From a bacterium (GTDB lineage Bacteria; Patescibacteriota; Microgenomatia; UBA1400; UBA12108), in contig JAJYKS010000006.1 of the NCBI GenBank assembly GCA_021788365.1, positions 1 to 62,682 of the forward strand: a stretch of DNA of 62,682 bases, written 5' to 3'. Positions 6,040 to 16,476 of the stretch are shown in pieces (positions within the stretch are counted from its first letter, which is position 1; each line of letters starts with the position of its first letter). The notes under the pieces are model-generated. The model saw only the letters and a list, made by a program, of their open reading frames with translations, was not told where the DNA came from and did not search any database. A program made the position numbers and the translations under genes.

Positions 6040-7883
6040 AAATACCTATTACCTGGCTCAAAGACTACGTCGAAACCGATAAGAAACCGGCAGAAATTGC
6101 AAAAGTGTTCACGAGCCTCGGTCTCATGCTCGACAAGCCCATTGATGGTGATGTGCTAGATCTCGAGCATCGCATGGACCGTGCCGACTGGCTGAGCGTA
6201 ATAGGCTGTGCCCGCGACTTTGCAGCCTTTGAGGGATTAAAACTGCACGAGCAAAAAGTGTACGGCAAGCCCGGAAAATCAGTTGTTGCCAAAAAGCGCA
6301 TTACCATTACGGGTAAAACTACTGCCGCACATCGCTTCAACACGCGCGTATTCCGTGGCGTAAAAATCGGACCATCACCAAAGTGGCTCGTCGACCGTCT
6401 TGAAGCATACGGCATGGAGAGCAAAAATAACATCGTAGACATAACGAACTACACAATGGTGGAATACGGACAGCCGCTCCATGCACAAGACATTGCCAAG
6501 CTGCCGGCTCCCGAGATCACCTTACGCAAGGCGACTAGTGGAGAGACGATTACTACACTCCTTGGCACAACCGTGGTGCTTGATAGAGAAACAGATATTC
6601 TCGCTTCAGGAGGGAAGCCAGTCGTAATTATGGGGATAGTCGGTGGCGCAGAAACCGGAGTTACAGAGACTACCGTCGATATCCTCCTCGACGCCGGCAA
6701 TTACGACGCTCGAGTTATCCGCAAAACCTCCCGCCGCCTACGCATTATGAATGAAACCGTATCCAGATGCGACAAATTCCTCGACCCCAGGCTTACCGAG
6801 GTAGCACTCGCTCGTGCAACCGAACTCATCCTCGAAATTGCAGGTGGTACGTACTATGAAAACGAAGACTGGTATCCACACCCGAAGTTGCCACAATCGG
6901 AAGTACTGCACTTCGCACGCCTGGCACAGCTCAGCGGTATGGACATACCAATAGCACAAGTGAAAAGAACTCTCCGGGCACTTGAATATCAGATTATAGA
7001 AGAGAGTGACGACGCGCTCACCGTTGAAGTACCATATTTCCGCACCGACATCGAGGTGGAAGACGACCTCGTCGCAGACATACTCCGTATCGGTGACTAC
7101 ACCAATATTCCCGCCACTCCACTTGCCTCGCCTGTGCCCGTGGATATTACTTCAGCGCTGTATCGCTTCGAAGACCGGCTCCGCGATGTTTGCGCTGCCA
7201 TGGGTTGCGACGAGCATATCACCGACCCCTTAGTCAAAGCTACCGGCAGGGTAGGGGAAATCCACCTAGCTAACTCGTTGTCCGAAGATCAAAACGCACT
7301 GCGCACCTCGCTCGTCCCTGGACTCGTCCATGTGCAAAATACCTACAAAAAACACGGTATAGCGACGCCAGTATTCGAGCTCGGCTCCGTCTACGATGGA
7401 ACAGCTTCCACCCAAAGCGAAACACGGCAACTTACCGTTGTTGGTAGCGATCCGTCCGGTTACCTTGCAACTATTCTCTCCGCACTCGGGATAAAAAATT
7501 ATTCTCTCTCTTCACATGAGGCAGATCCTGTCCTTGTCTTAGTAAACCTCAAATTAGTCGGTACCATCAGTACCTCCTCATTTACTCTCAATACAGCGGC
7601 ACTCATCGAACATGTCTCTCCCTACCAAAGTCTCAAAACGGAAATCGCTCATGTACCGTCACTAGATATTTCGTTAACGCTGCCTACAGGTACTCACTTT
7701 GAGAAAGCAGCTAAAATTCTCGCAAAGTCCGCACCGAAGCCATCGTCCATTGCAGTTATCGAGCGCTATGAGAACTCGCTCCTTGTTCGTCTCACATGGG
7801 ACAAACAAATCGACGCGGACAAAGTCCGACTTTCATTGGTAAAAGCGCTGGAAGCAGCTGGTATCGCCACTCGATCGAAATAG
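6036..7883 (+). CDS. pheT: Phenylalanyl-tRNA synthetase beta subunit (short, no B2 OB domain)
   Basis: MKIPITWLKDYV, DRADWLS, NNIVDITNY.M.EYGQPLHA.D, PYFRTDI. Confidence 0.97.
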   Translation: MKIPITWLKDYVETDKKPAEIAKVFTSLGLMLDKPIDGDVLDLEHRMDRADWLSVIGCARDFAAFEGLKLHEQKVYGKPGKSVVAKKRITITGKTTAAHRFNTRVFRGVKIGPSPKWLVDRLEAYGMESKNNIVDITNYTMVEYGQPLHAQDIAKLPAPEITLRKATSGETITTLLGTTVVLDRETDILASGGKPVVIMGIVGGAETGVTETTVDILLDAGNYDARVIRKTSRRLRIMNETVSRCDKFLDPRLTEVALARATELILEIAGGTYYENEDWYPHPKLPQSEVLHFARLAQLSGMDIPIAQVKRTLRALEYQIIEESDDALTVEVPYFRTDIEVEDDLVADILRIGDYTNIPATPLASPVPVDITSALYRFEDRLRDVCAAMGCDEHITDPLVKATGRVGEIHLANSLSEDQNALRTSLVPGLVHVQNTYKKHGIATPVFELGSVYDGTASTQSETRQLTVVGSDPSGYLATILSALGIKNYSLSSHEADPVLVLVNLKLVGTISTSSFTLNTAALIEHVSPYQSLKTEIAHVPSLDISLTLPTGTHFEKAAKILAKSAPKPSSIAVIERYENSLLVRLTWDKQIDADKVRLSLVKALEAAGIATRSK

Positions 7884-7887
7884 GCCG

Positions 7888-10509
7888 CTAAGGAGTAGGT
7901 GAAGGAGAGGGGGATGGCGAGGGGCTCAGAGTAGGTGTGGGCGATGGCGATGGAGTGGGGGTGGGTGATGGCGAGGCGTCCCAGTTAGTTTGCACCCCAA
8001 CGTGAATAATTGTTTCTGCATCAGTGTTATCTTTCGTATGCACATGTGCCTTAAGTTCATACGTCCCCTTGGCGAGACTAGGCGCAGTCGTCGACACCAC
8101 CTTTTGCCCGTTGAATACTTCCCACTTCGTGCCGTTTATATAGGTAGTAATTGTATCGACATCCGAATTTGTACCCACGGTGATGTGTACGGGGAAATTA
8201 GACGCAAGGTTAGAGTCTTGATTGTGTGGTGAATCAAAGCCAATGGTTACGTCACTCGTGCTCCCACAGTATTGTGTCGGCACCTGATATCGGGGATCAG
8301 TCTGAGTTGCTAACCACCCCGGAATATCAGACTGCCACAACGGGTTATCATCTTTTGCCACAATAAACTCTTGGTTGTCATAGTAGTTGCGTGCCACATC
8401 CGCATCGTTCGCAAGCTTCGTGTGATCGCTCTTGCAAACTTTAACATTGGTATGCACTGGGTCGGGAGCTGTCGGTACGGTACCCTGGATAAAGTAATCT
8501 TGGCGAGAAGGGAACCCATCATGAGCAGGATACCCAGAGATTGCGTCAACATCTTGTTGCACAATATCTGATGGCTGGGTGAACTGATCACCCTTGTAGA
8601 GATCCCAAGCCTTTTGCATGATATAGCGCCATATCGGTGAAGCACCAGTCACTCCAGAGGCCACCTGTGTCATGGGCGAGTTATCGTTGTTGCCCACCCA
8701 CACGCCGACGACAGCGTTGGTACTCCAGCCAATAGTCCAGTTATCACGTTTGTCGTTGGTAGTACCGGTCTTCACAGCAATAGGTAGCCCATTCATATTG
8801 AGATAGCTATTTGGACCAAACGTAAGGAGCCGCGCGTTATTATCCGATAAAACGTTGTCGATAAGAAACGCCACTTCAGGCGATACGACTTGATCGCGTT
8901 TTCCAGGATTAGCCTGGTATATGGTCTTGCCATCTTTTTCCACTTTAAGTATAGAAATCGGGTCTACTTTATCGCCACCATTGGCAAAAGCGCTATAGGC
9001 ATGCACCAAGTCAAAGAGTCGTACTTCGCCACCACCCAAAGTCACCGAAAGACCAAGTCGAGACAAATTTGCCGCGGTGGGCTGCAGTGAATCAAACCCC
9101 ATTTGGTAGGCAAACGCCATCATGTTCTTAAGCCCCACCATGTCCAGAAGCTTTACCGCCGGAATATTGAGAGAGGATGCAAGCGAATAGCGGAGTTGCA
9201 CCGGTCCGTGATACTTGCCGTCATAGTTACCTGGCTCATAAAACTGATCGGATGTCGCACCGGGGAACTTCGTCGGCACGTCCCATACCATGGTAGCCGG
9301 AGAGTAGCCCTTAGAGAACGCCGCAGCGTACGTCACCGGTTTAATAGACGACCCTGGCTGCCGCAAGGACATGACCACATTTACCTGCCCATCGTAGTCC
9401 TTGGCAAAATAATCCTTGGAACCAACCATGGCCAGTATCTCCCCCGTCTGGGGATTCATAACCATCGCTGCCCCGTTACCAATATGGTATTTTGCCACTT
9501 TTGCCACCTCGGTAGCGACTGTCTGCTGGGCAAAGTCTTGTAACGTGGAGTCGAGCGTTGTAGTTACCGTATAGCCACCAGCAGAAACAAAGTTCTCGCC
9601 GAACATGGACACGAGTTGATCTTTTACATAAAAGACAAAGTGGGGTGCCTTTATCGAGACATCTTGCGGCTGAAACTGCACTAAGGGCAGTGCTTTCTCG
9701 GCATCACTTTCCTGCTGGGCGGTAATATATCCATTCGACTGCATAGCCTTAAGTACAGCTGTTGCACGGGCTACATACGCCTTGGGATTGCTACCATAGG
9801 GCGAGTAGAGTGACGGCGCCTGGGGCATACCAGCGAGGATTACCGCCTGCACGAGGTTTAGGTCTTTAGGTGCGACACCAAAATATTTCTGCGACGCCGC
9901 ACCGATTCCAACCGCTGTACCACCATACGGAACATCATTCAGGTACATTTGTAGGATCTGATCTTTCGTAAATTTACGCTCAATCTCGATCGCCAAGACA
10001 AGTTCCTTGAACTTGCGAACAAGCGTCCGATCATTGGTCAAAAGTTGATTTTTTACGAGCTGTTGGGTGAGAGTAGAACCACCCTCAGCACGCCCAGAAG
10101 TAAAAAGGCGAGAAAATCCGCGGAGGATACCGAGTACATCGTATCCAGGATGTGTATAAAAGTTCTTATCCTCGATAGATATCGTAGCTTCTCTAAGATA
10201 TACGGGAATATCAGAAAACGGGACAAAAACCTGATCATATTTCTGATAAAGATCGTACAAGGTATTGCCATTACGATCGAGTATTTTTGTAGAATAACCC
10301 CCTTGCTGTACCACCGTATCCGGATTGGGAAGGTACCGAGCGTAGTAGGCAAACATGCCAACAAACAAGAAAATCCCCAGAATCGTTGCAACGAGTGCAC
10401 CGAGCCCGAGATACTTTAGAAGATGTGCCCTGTCAAAATGTAGCTGCAGATGGAACTTCCCTCGCCTCCGCTCCCGTCTACTTTTCCACGTGTTAGCCCA
10501 ATCCTGCAT
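7888..10509 (-). CDS. Bifunctional penicillin-binding protein 1A family (GT51 + transpeptidase, C-terminal Ig-like domain and Pro/Ser/Thr tail)
   Basis: IEDKNFY.HPG, GGSTLTQQLVKN, RQPGSSIKP, SLN, KTGT; ATG 10509 is 7 nt after TATACT. Confidence 0.95.
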   Translation of the reverse strand: MQDWANTWKSRRERRRGKFHLQLHFDRAHLLKYLGLGALVATILGIFLFVGMFAYYARYLPNPDTVVQQGGYSTKILDRNGNTLYDLYQKYDQVFVPFSDIPVYLREATISIEDKNFYTHPGYDVLGILRGFSRLFTSGRAEGGSTLTQQLVKNQLLTNDRTLVRKFKELVLAIEIERKFTKDQILQMYLNDVPYGGTAVGIGAASQKYFGVAPKDLNLVQAVILAGMPQAPSLYSPYGSNPKAYVARATAVLKAMQSNGYITAQQESDAEKALPLVQFQPQDVSIKAPHFVFYVKDQLVSMFGENFVSAGGYTVTTTLDSTLQDFAQQTVATEVAKVAKYHIGNGAAMVMNPQTGEILAMVGSKDYFAKDYDGQVNVVMSLRQPGSSIKPVTYAAAFSKGYSPATMVWDVPTKFPGATSDQFYEPGNYDGKYHGPVQLRYSLASSLNIPAVKLLDMVGLKNMMAFAYQMGFDSLQPTAANLSRLGLSVTLGGGEVRLFDLVHAYSAFANGGDKVDPISILKVEKDGKTIYQANPGKRDQVVSPEVAFLIDNVLSDNNARLLTFGPNSYLNMNGLPIAVKTGTTNDKRDNWTIGWSTNAVVGVWVGNNDNSPMTQVASGVTGASPIWRYIMQKAWDLYKGDQFTQPSDIVQQDVDAISGYPAHDGFPSRQDYFIQGTVPTAPDPVHTNVKVCKSDHTKLANDADVARNYYDNQEFIVAKDDNPLWQSDIPGWLATQTDPRYQVPTQYCGSTSDVTIGFDSPHNQDSNLASNFPVHITVGTNSDVDTITTYINGTKWEVFNGQKVVSTTAPSLAKGTYELKAHVHTKDNTDAETIIHVGVQTNWDASPSPTPTPSPSPTPTLSPSPSPSPSPTP

Positions 10510-10574
10510 ATAGCCGAGTATAGAGCAGGCTAGACCCGTAGACAACTCCCCCCAGGCTTTCTATAATGAACGGC

Positions 10575-11726
10575 ATGAATGATGACCTCTTAACCCGCCG
10601 TGTTGCCAAGATTCTCCCCTCAAAAGAGGGACTTGAAGCACTCATAAAATCGAAGAAAAAAATCAGGCTCTACCAGGGATTCGATCCCACCTTTTCTGCA
10701 CTTCACCTCGGTCATACCATCGGTTTTCGCAAGCTCATGGATTTTGCAAAAGCAGGGCATGAAGTTATATTTTTGTTCGGTACGGGAACAGTTTTGGCCG
10801 GTGACCCATCGGAAAGAGATACGGGACGTAAATTAATTACACAAGAAGAAATAGATGAAAATATTAAAACATGGAAAGAGCAAGTCAGCAAAATTGTAGA
10901 CTTTGATCTGGTAAAGATCAGGCAAAACGGCGACTGGCTCACCAAGCTAACACTCAAGGACATAATAAACATCGCCAGCAACATTAGCGCCGTACAGCTA
11001 TTCAAGCGAGAAATGTTTACACGCCGCATAGCTCATGGAGACACTGTCTGGTATCACGAAACCATGTACCCACTTCTCCAGGGGTACGACTCGGTCGCAA
11101 TGGACGTAGACCTCGAAGTTGGCGGCACTGACCAAGAATTTAACATGCTCATCGGCCGTGAGCTGCAGCACAAAATGAATAATCATGAAAAATTTGTATT
11201 AACAACACCGATGATCAACGGCACGGATGGGAAGAAAATGAGTAAATCGGTGGGAAACTGTATATTTTTGACAGAACCACCAGAGGATGTGTATCGCAAG
11301 ATCATGGCGATGCACGACGAAATGATTCCCACGTACTATGAACTTTTAACCGACATACCTATGGATGAAATTGCAGCCTTAGATCCCAGTAAGCCTGTTG
11401 AAAACAAAAAACGACTTGCGTACGACATCACCCGACAGCTACATGGGGTAGAAGGCGCTCAAACAGCCGCAAAATTCTATGACTCATATGTTCAAACAAA
11501 ATTAGCCCCAGAAGATTCACCAGAAGTTATCCTAAAATCGGGCACTCCACTCCTCGAAGCGCTGAAAAACGCAGACCTTGGGGTAAGTAATAGTGACATT
11601 AAGCGAACACTCGAGCAGGGCGGGGTAGAATTAGACGGGGTCAGGCTTTCCGATCCTGTATCAGAAATAAAGGCCGGCACCCTCAAATTTGGCAAGCGCA
11701 CATTCAGAAAAATTGTGGTTAAATAA
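10575..11726 (+). CDS. tyrS: Tyrosyl-tRNA synthetase
   Basis: GFDPT..LHLGH, YPLLQGYD, GGTDQEFN, KKMSKS, C-terminal S4 domain. Confidence 0.99.
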   Translation: MNDDLLTRRVAKILPSKEGLEALIKSKKKIRLYQGFDPTFSALHLGHTIGFRKLMDFAKAGHEVIFLFGTGTVLAGDPSERDTGRKLITQEEIDENIKTWKEQVSKIVDFDLVKIRQNGDWLTKLTLKDIINIASNISAVQLFKREMFTRRIAHGDTVWYHETMYPLLQGYDSVAMDVDLEVGGTDQEFNMLIGRELQHKMNNHEKFVLTTPMINGTDGKKMSKSVGNCIFLTEPPEDVYRKIMAMHDEMIPTYYELLTDIPMDEIAALDPSKPVENKKRLAYDITRQLHGVEGAQTAAKFYDSYVQTKLAPEDSPEVILKSGTPLLEALKNADLGVSNSDIKRTLEQGGVELDGVRLSDPVSEIKAGTLKFGKRTFRKIVVK

Positions 11727-11733
11727 AGACACT

Positions 11734-11838
11734 ATGTCACTCACTAAAAAACAAAAAAAGATTTGGACAGTGATCACTGCAATCGCCTCGGTCGCGCTCC
11801 TTGCAATGTCATTCGCCCCCTTCTTCACCCTCAAATAA
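11734..11838 (+). CDS. Small single-pass membrane protein (34 aa)
   Basis: MSLTKKQKKIWTVITAIASVALLAMSFAPFFTLK fills the tyrS-recG gap; basic N-terminus plus hydrophobic helix. Confidence 0.65.
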   Translation: MSLTKKQKKIWTVITAIASVALLAMSFAPFFTLK

Positions 11839-11853
11839 GTTACACTATTAGCT

Positions 11854-13773
11854 ATGGATCTTATTGACCTTCCCGGCATCGGCGAGAAAACTGCTGCCAC
11901 ACTACGGACACACGGCATCGAAACCGCAGAAGCACTTAGTCATTACTACCCACGCGCGTACCGCACCTACTATGCAACATCTGCCGATAAACTTCCGATA
12001 GGGGAATATGTTTCTCTAATAGGCACCATCTCCCGCCCCGTTTCTCACCACACGGGGCACGTGAGTACACAGGTTGCTACCTTTAAGGACGATGGGGGCT
12101 CGCTCACCCTCCGTTGGTTCAACGCTCCGTATATCGTCAGGTCACTCCGAGTGGATACCACGTACCAGGTGCGAGGCAAGGTGGAAATTTTTGCAGGCAA
12201 ACGCCAAATGGTAAATCCTGAAACCCACCTGATTACCGGAGAATCGCCTCAACCGTCTGACCAAATTGTGCCCGTTTATACCGCTATTGGCACGGTAAAA
12301 TCCGGGAACCTCCGCAAAATAGTCGCCGAGGCGCTTAAACTCGCTGTCACTGACCCGCTCACTACAAAAATTCGTACAACGTACGGCCTTGTCGACCTCG
12401 AAACCGCGCTCCATAACATCCATTTTCCAAAAGACAACGACTCACTCGAAGCTGCTATACACCGTCTCGGCTTCGACGAGCTCTACGCACTCCAAATGGA
12501 GTCGCTAAAATCCGCCGAACATACCCACCCAGCAACCAACCCAATTCACTGCGATATGGGGATACTCCAAAACTGGATTACAAGCCTTCCCTTTGTCCCC
12601 ACTACTGCCCAAACACGAAGCATCGATGAAATCCTCAAAGATCTCGGAAACGGGGTGGCCATGCACCGCCTACTCCAAGGAGAGGTAGGAAGCGGCAAGA
12701 CGCTCGTAGCCGCAGCAGCCGCACTCACCGTCAAGCTCGCCGGCAAACAAACACTGGTCATGGCACCCACCCAGATACTCGCCGAGCAGTTGCACACGTC
12801 GCTCACCAGCTTCCTCCAAGACGCCGCCTCCATCTCATTGGTCACCCACGACGTGCACGGCGATACGACTGCCGACATAGTCGTTGGAACGCAAGCGCTC
12901 CTACAAGAAAAACACACATTTAGCACAATTGGGCTTGTCATTGTAGACGAGCAGCACCGTTTCGGCGTCGTGCAAAGACTACTACTGACACGTTTCGCCC
13001 CCGCACCCCATTTCCTCATGATGACCGCCACACCCATCCCACGCTCACTGGCCATGACCAGCCTAACAGGGTTAGATGTTTCCCATCTCGACGAGCTGCC
13101 AAAGAACCGTGTCCCAGTGAAGACGTATTATGTTACAGAAGAAAAGCGCAAGAACGCCTTCGATTGGATAAAGCGGGAGATACAGAGCGGCAACCAAGCA
13201 TTTGTTGTAGCTCCAGTTATAGACGAAGCGGAAGACGAGGAGGGAAACGCCAAAAAATCGGTGACGCTCTTAGAAAAAGAATTGACCACCCTCCTACCCG
13301 GCATCTCAGTGGATGTTATGCACGGCCGTATGAAAGAGCACGAGAAAACGGAGCACCTGCGAATGTTCCGTGATTGTCATACGCAAGTACTCGTAGCCAC
13401 CTCGATGGTCGAGGTAGGGATCGATATTCCAACGGCAAATATTATGGTCATAGAAGACGCCGAGCGGTTCGGCCTAGCCCAGTTACACCAGCTCCGAGGC
13501 AGGGTAGGGCGTGGCGGAGCACAAGGTCATTGCTTGCTTTTTTCCAAAATGAAATCAGAAAAGTCTCGTGAACGACTCACATACTTCGTGCGCGAAACCG
13601 ACGGGGCAAAGCTCGCAGAATATGATTTACGCACCCGCGGACCTGGCCAACTCTTTGGCCTAGTCCAGCATGGCTTCTTCTCCCTCCGTTTTGCCTCACT
13701 CTTTGACGAGCGTTTGCTCGAAGAAACTCATGCTGCCGCGCTTAGTGTTGCCAAATCGTCCATTTCCCCCTAA
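11854..13773 (+). CDS. recG: ATP-dependent DNA helicase RecG
   Basis: RLLQGEVGSGKT, DEQHRFGV, MTATPIPRSL, RFGLAQLHQLRGRVGRG. Confidence 0.98.
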   Translation: MDLIDLPGIGEKTAATLRTHGIETAEALSHYYPRAYRTYYATSADKLPIGEYVSLIGTISRPVSHHTGHVSTQVATFKDDGGSLTLRWFNAPYIVRSLRVDTTYQVRGKVEIFAGKRQMVNPETHLITGESPQPSDQIVPVYTAIGTVKSGNLRKIVAEALKLAVTDPLTTKIRTTYGLVDLETALHNIHFPKDNDSLEAAIHRLGFDELYALQMESLKSAEHTHPATNPIHCDMGILQNWITSLPFVPTTAQTRSIDEILKDLGNGVAMHRLLQGEVGSGKTLVAAAAALTVKLAGKQTLVMAPTQILAEQLHTSLTSFLQDAASISLVTHDVHGDTTADIVVGTQALLQEKHTFSTIGLVIVDEQHRFGVVQRLLLTRFAPAPHFLMMTATPIPRSLAMTSLTGLDVSHLDELPKNRVPVKTYYVTEEKRKNAFDWIKREIQSGNQAFVVAPVIDEAEDEEGNAKKSVTLLEKELTTLLPGISVDVMHGRMKEHEKTEHLRMFRDCHTQVLVATSMVEVGIDIPTANIMVIEDAERFGLAQLHQLRGRVGRGGAQGHCLLFSKMKSEKSRERLTYFVRETDGAKLAEYDLRTRGPGQLFGLVQHGFFSLRFASLFDERLLEETHAAALSVAKSSISP

Positions 13774-13787
13774 AATAACCATATTAT

Positions 13788-13815
13788 TTGCAAATTGTAA
13801 ATTGAGAATTGAAAA
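13788..13815 (+). repeat. Heptamer tandem array TTG(N)AAA x4
   Basis: TTGCAAA TTGTAAA TTGAGAA TTGAAAA between recG and rpmF. Confidence 0.7.
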
Positions 13816-13833
13816 TTTCTCCGTAGGAGATAT

Positions 13834-13983
13834 ATGACCCCCTTACCAAAACGCCGCTTTAGCACACGTCGCCAGGGTAAAAAACGCGCAAGCATTAAAT
13901 TAGCGCTCCCAAAACTCGTAAAATGCAAAAGCTGTGGCCAGATGAAAAAGTCGCATACCATCTGCAAAAACTGCGGCAAATAA
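13834..13983 (+). CDS. rpmF: 50S ribosomal protein L32 (Zn-ribbon form)
   Basis: MTPLPKRRFSTRRQGKKRA...CKSC...HTICKNCG; AGGAG SD; not in ORF track (49 aa). Confidence 0.95.
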   Translation: MTPLPKRRFSTRRQGKKRASIKLALPKLVKCKSCGQMKKSHTICKNCGK

Positions 13984-14005
13984 TCGTGCAATTCTCGACT
14001 ACGCT

Positions 14006-14356
14006 ATGAAAACTGCCACCGATCCTCGGCACAAAAAGCGCGAAGCCCGTGTCTCGGCACTCTTTGCGTACAGCTTCCAAAGCACAAACATTCCTGAGGG
14101 AATTACCGACATAATTGCAAAGCTAAGCGAGGTAGATAGTGTTGTTGCAAACGCTGCACCAGAGTGGCCGCTCCCAAAAATAAATAAAATAGATTTGGCA
14201 ATCCTGCGCGAAACGGTATATGAGCTTCTGTACGATAAATCAGTACCGCCCAAAGTCGTAGTAGACGAAGCCGTCGAGATAGCCAAGCGTTTCGGGAGCG
14301 ATGCCAGCCCTGGATTTGTAAACGGAGTCCTAGGTACCATTCTAAAGAAAGGATAA
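14006..14356 (+). CDS. nusB: Transcription antitermination factor NusB
   Basis: W.L.KINKIDLAILR, EAVEIAKRFG...S..FVNGVLG. Confidence 0.96.
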   Translation: MKTATDPRHKKREARVSALFAYSFQSTNIPEGITDIIAKLSEVDSVVANAAPEWPLPKINKIDLAILRETVYELLYDKSVPPKVVVDEAVEIAKRFGSDASPGFVNGVLGTILKKG

Positions 14357-14359
14357 TAT

Positions 14360-15052
14360 ATGAGCAGCGATCTTACAGCACTTGCAGATAGCCTTGGCTT
14401 AGCATTTAAAAACAGTCATCTCGTGGAGAATGCGTTTGTTCACCGCTCATATCTCAACGAATCAAAAGAATTTAGCGAGTCAAACGAGCGTCTAGAATAT
14501 TTGGGAGATGCAGTTCTAGAACTTGCTACATCTGATTTTCTCTACCGCACATTCCCTGATTACCAGGAGGGGATGCTGACAAACATCCGCGCCGCACTCG
14601 TGCGGACAGAGAGCCTTGCCGAGCTTGCCTCGTCGCTCAAATTTCCGAGCCTGATACGCATGAGCAAAGGTGAGGCAGCAGGGGGCGGTCGCGAAAATCA
14701 ATCCATTCTTGCCGATACATTCGAGGCATTCCTCGGTGCATTGTATCTGGATCTCGGATATGATTCATGTGTAGAGCTCCTTACCACACATCTTTTCCCT
14801 CACGTCGAGATGGTACTCAAAGAACAATCATACAAAGATAACAAGTCTCTCTTACAAGAAGTGGCACAATCTCGCCTCAAAGCAACGCCCCAATATATTC
14901 TTATCTCCGAATCCGGTCCAGATCATGACAAACACTTTGTCATGAAAGCGGTCATTGCCGGAACAGAGTACGCCGAAGGTGAAGGAAAGAGTAAGCAGGC
15001 TGCCCAGGAAGACGCTGCCAAACACACGCTTGAGCAAATGACGCGTACCTGA
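14360..15052 (+). CDS. rnc: Ribonuclease III
   Basis: ERLEYLGDAVL, ADTFEAFLGA, dsRBD. Confidence 0.98.
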   Translation: MSSDLTALADSLGLAFKNSHLVENAFVHRSYLNESKEFSESNERLEYLGDAVLELATSDFLYRTFPDYQEGMLTNIRAALVRTESLAELASSLKFPSLIRMSKGEAAGGGRENQSILADTFEAFLGALYLDLGYDSCVELLTTHLFPHVEMVLKEQSYKDNKSLLQEVAQSRLKATPQYILISESGPDHDKHFVMKAVIAGTEYAEGEGKSKQAAQEDAAKHTLEQMTRT

Positions 15053-15066
15053 TAAAATACAAACCT

Positions 15067-15303
15067 ATGCTAAAAGTTAAGTTAAGTCGCATCGGGAAAA
15101 AAGGTCAACCGCAATACCGCATAGTCGTCGCCGAGGCTAGATCAAACATGGGCGGCGTCTACGTTGCAGAGATCGGCTACTACAACCCGCTCACCAGTCC
15201 TCACACCTGGCAGCTGGATAAGGCAGCCTACGCGGCATGGCTCAAAAAAGGCGCCCAACCTACCGATACAGTCCGTAAATTAGCCGCAAGGGCCGCCAAG
15301 TAA
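15067..15303 (+). CDS. rpsP: 30S ribosomal protein S16
   Basis: MLKVKLSRIGKK.QP.YRIVVA, GAQPTDTV. Confidence 0.97.
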   Translation: MLKVKLSRIGKKGQPQYRIVVAEARSNMGGVYVAEIGYYNPLTSPHTWQLDKAAYAAWLKKGAQPTDTVRKLAARAAK

Positions 15304-15361
15304 TCTTTTTATACATGTACAATACGCATTACTTATTACCTAATACCAAATAAGGAGCCCC

Positions 15362-15727
15362 ATGAAAGACGTACTCGAATTCATCCTAAAGAACATTGTG
15401 ACTGTTCCCGACGACGTAAAAATTGAAGAAACAGATGAGGAGGGGACCACCAACTATATTGTGACCGTAAACCCCACTGACATCGGTCGTGTCATCGGCA
15501 AAGAAGGAAAAGTAATTAAAGCCATTCGGACAGTCATGCGCGTCATAGCAATCCAACGTGGAGTGCACGTCCGCGTTTCCATCGTTTCTGAGACAGACGG
15601 TGCCGCTCCCACAGATACATCCGTCACTGCGGAAATCCAGCCGGCTGAGGAAGAAAATAATGCCACCGCCCCAACTCCTTCCGTCGAAGCCGCCGAGGAT
15701 GAGAGAACCCTTTCAGTCGAAGTGTAA
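15362..15727 (+). CDS. khpA: KH-domain RNA-binding protein KhpA/YlqC with acidic tail
   Basis: DIGRVIGKEGKVIKAIR; conserved position after rpsP. Confidence 0.9.
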   Translation: MKDVLEFILKNIVTVPDDVKIEETDEEGTTNYIVTVNPTDIGRVIGKEGKVIKAIRTVMRVIAIQRGVHVRVSIVSETDGAAPTDTSVTAEIQPAEEENNATAPTPSVEAAEDERTLSVEV

Positions 15728-15735
15728 GTCGAAAA

Positions 15736-16470
15736 TTACGGAGCAAAGAGATCTCGTGCACCCGATGCCGCTGCACCCGTAGCTATCGGCACATCAGTGA
15801 GCGCTGGGTACTGATGATAGCTCTGCAGTGTCGTAAAGTAGGCCTGTTCCTTATCAGTAAATAGCGTAATCGGCCCATTTACATTTCCAACCGATGAGTC
15901 GGCCCACAACATACCCAAGTCTAGCGTAAGATCAAAACTGTCAGGCCCAGATACAGTCACCTTGACGTCTTTGATAAGCATGAGTGGCAGTGTTTGCTCG
16001 ACCGCTCGCAAGAATGAATAAACGTTATCTTTACTACCGGTTATTTTTACCGTTGTATCAAGTGTATGCAAACCTGGGGTCGCACGCGTGGCACTTGCGC
16101 CGGCCTGTGGCGTGAGTGTACCCGGAGACAGCGAAATGCCACCGAAATTAAGGTTGAGATCACGCGACAGGCCGTCGAGCGCCGAAAGATAGAGTAGAAG
16201 ATCTTTACCTGGAGGGAGCGCTGCATCCATGATTTTTACTCGATCAGAAAGCACCTGCGGATCGAGTCCCGTAAGTATTGCAACCCTACTCGAGAGGTCA
16301 CTTGATTGCTTCTGCTTTGCCGAAAGTTGTGACAAGGCCTTCTGGATATTGACTACTAGGGGGATGGCCGCAAACAAAACAAGCAGTGCGGCGGAAACAA
16401 AAATACTCACACCGCGAACCAATAATCCGTGACGTACAAGAATAGAATTGAGTGTTGGTGTTTCTGCCAT
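15736..16470 (-). CDS. pilO: Type IV pilus assembly protein PilO-like
   Basis: N-terminal TM helix, coiled coil, ferredoxin-like C-terminus; third gene of pilM-N-O. Confidence 0.7.
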   Translation of the reverse strand: MAETPTLNSILVRHGLLVRGVSIFVSAALLVLFAAIPLVVNIQKALSQLSAKQKQSSDLSSRVAILTGLDPQVLSDRVKIMDAALPPGKDLLLYLSALDGLSRDLNLNFGGISLSPGTLTPQAGASATRATPGLHTLDTTVKITGSKDNVYSFLRAVEQTLPLMLIKDVKVTVSGPDSFDLTLDLGMLWADSSVGNVNGPITLFTDKEQAYFTTLQSYHQYPALTDVPIATGAAASGARDLFAP

Positions 16471-16476
16471 ATGTCT

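Noticed and set aside
7888-7980. DNA repeat at the PBP1A 3' end
   Set aside because: Explained by a Pro/Ser/Thr low-complexity protein tail.
10510-10575. Attenuator or T-box upstream of tyrS
   Set aside because: Only 65 bp with divergent -10 boxes; no uORF, terminator or T-box motif.
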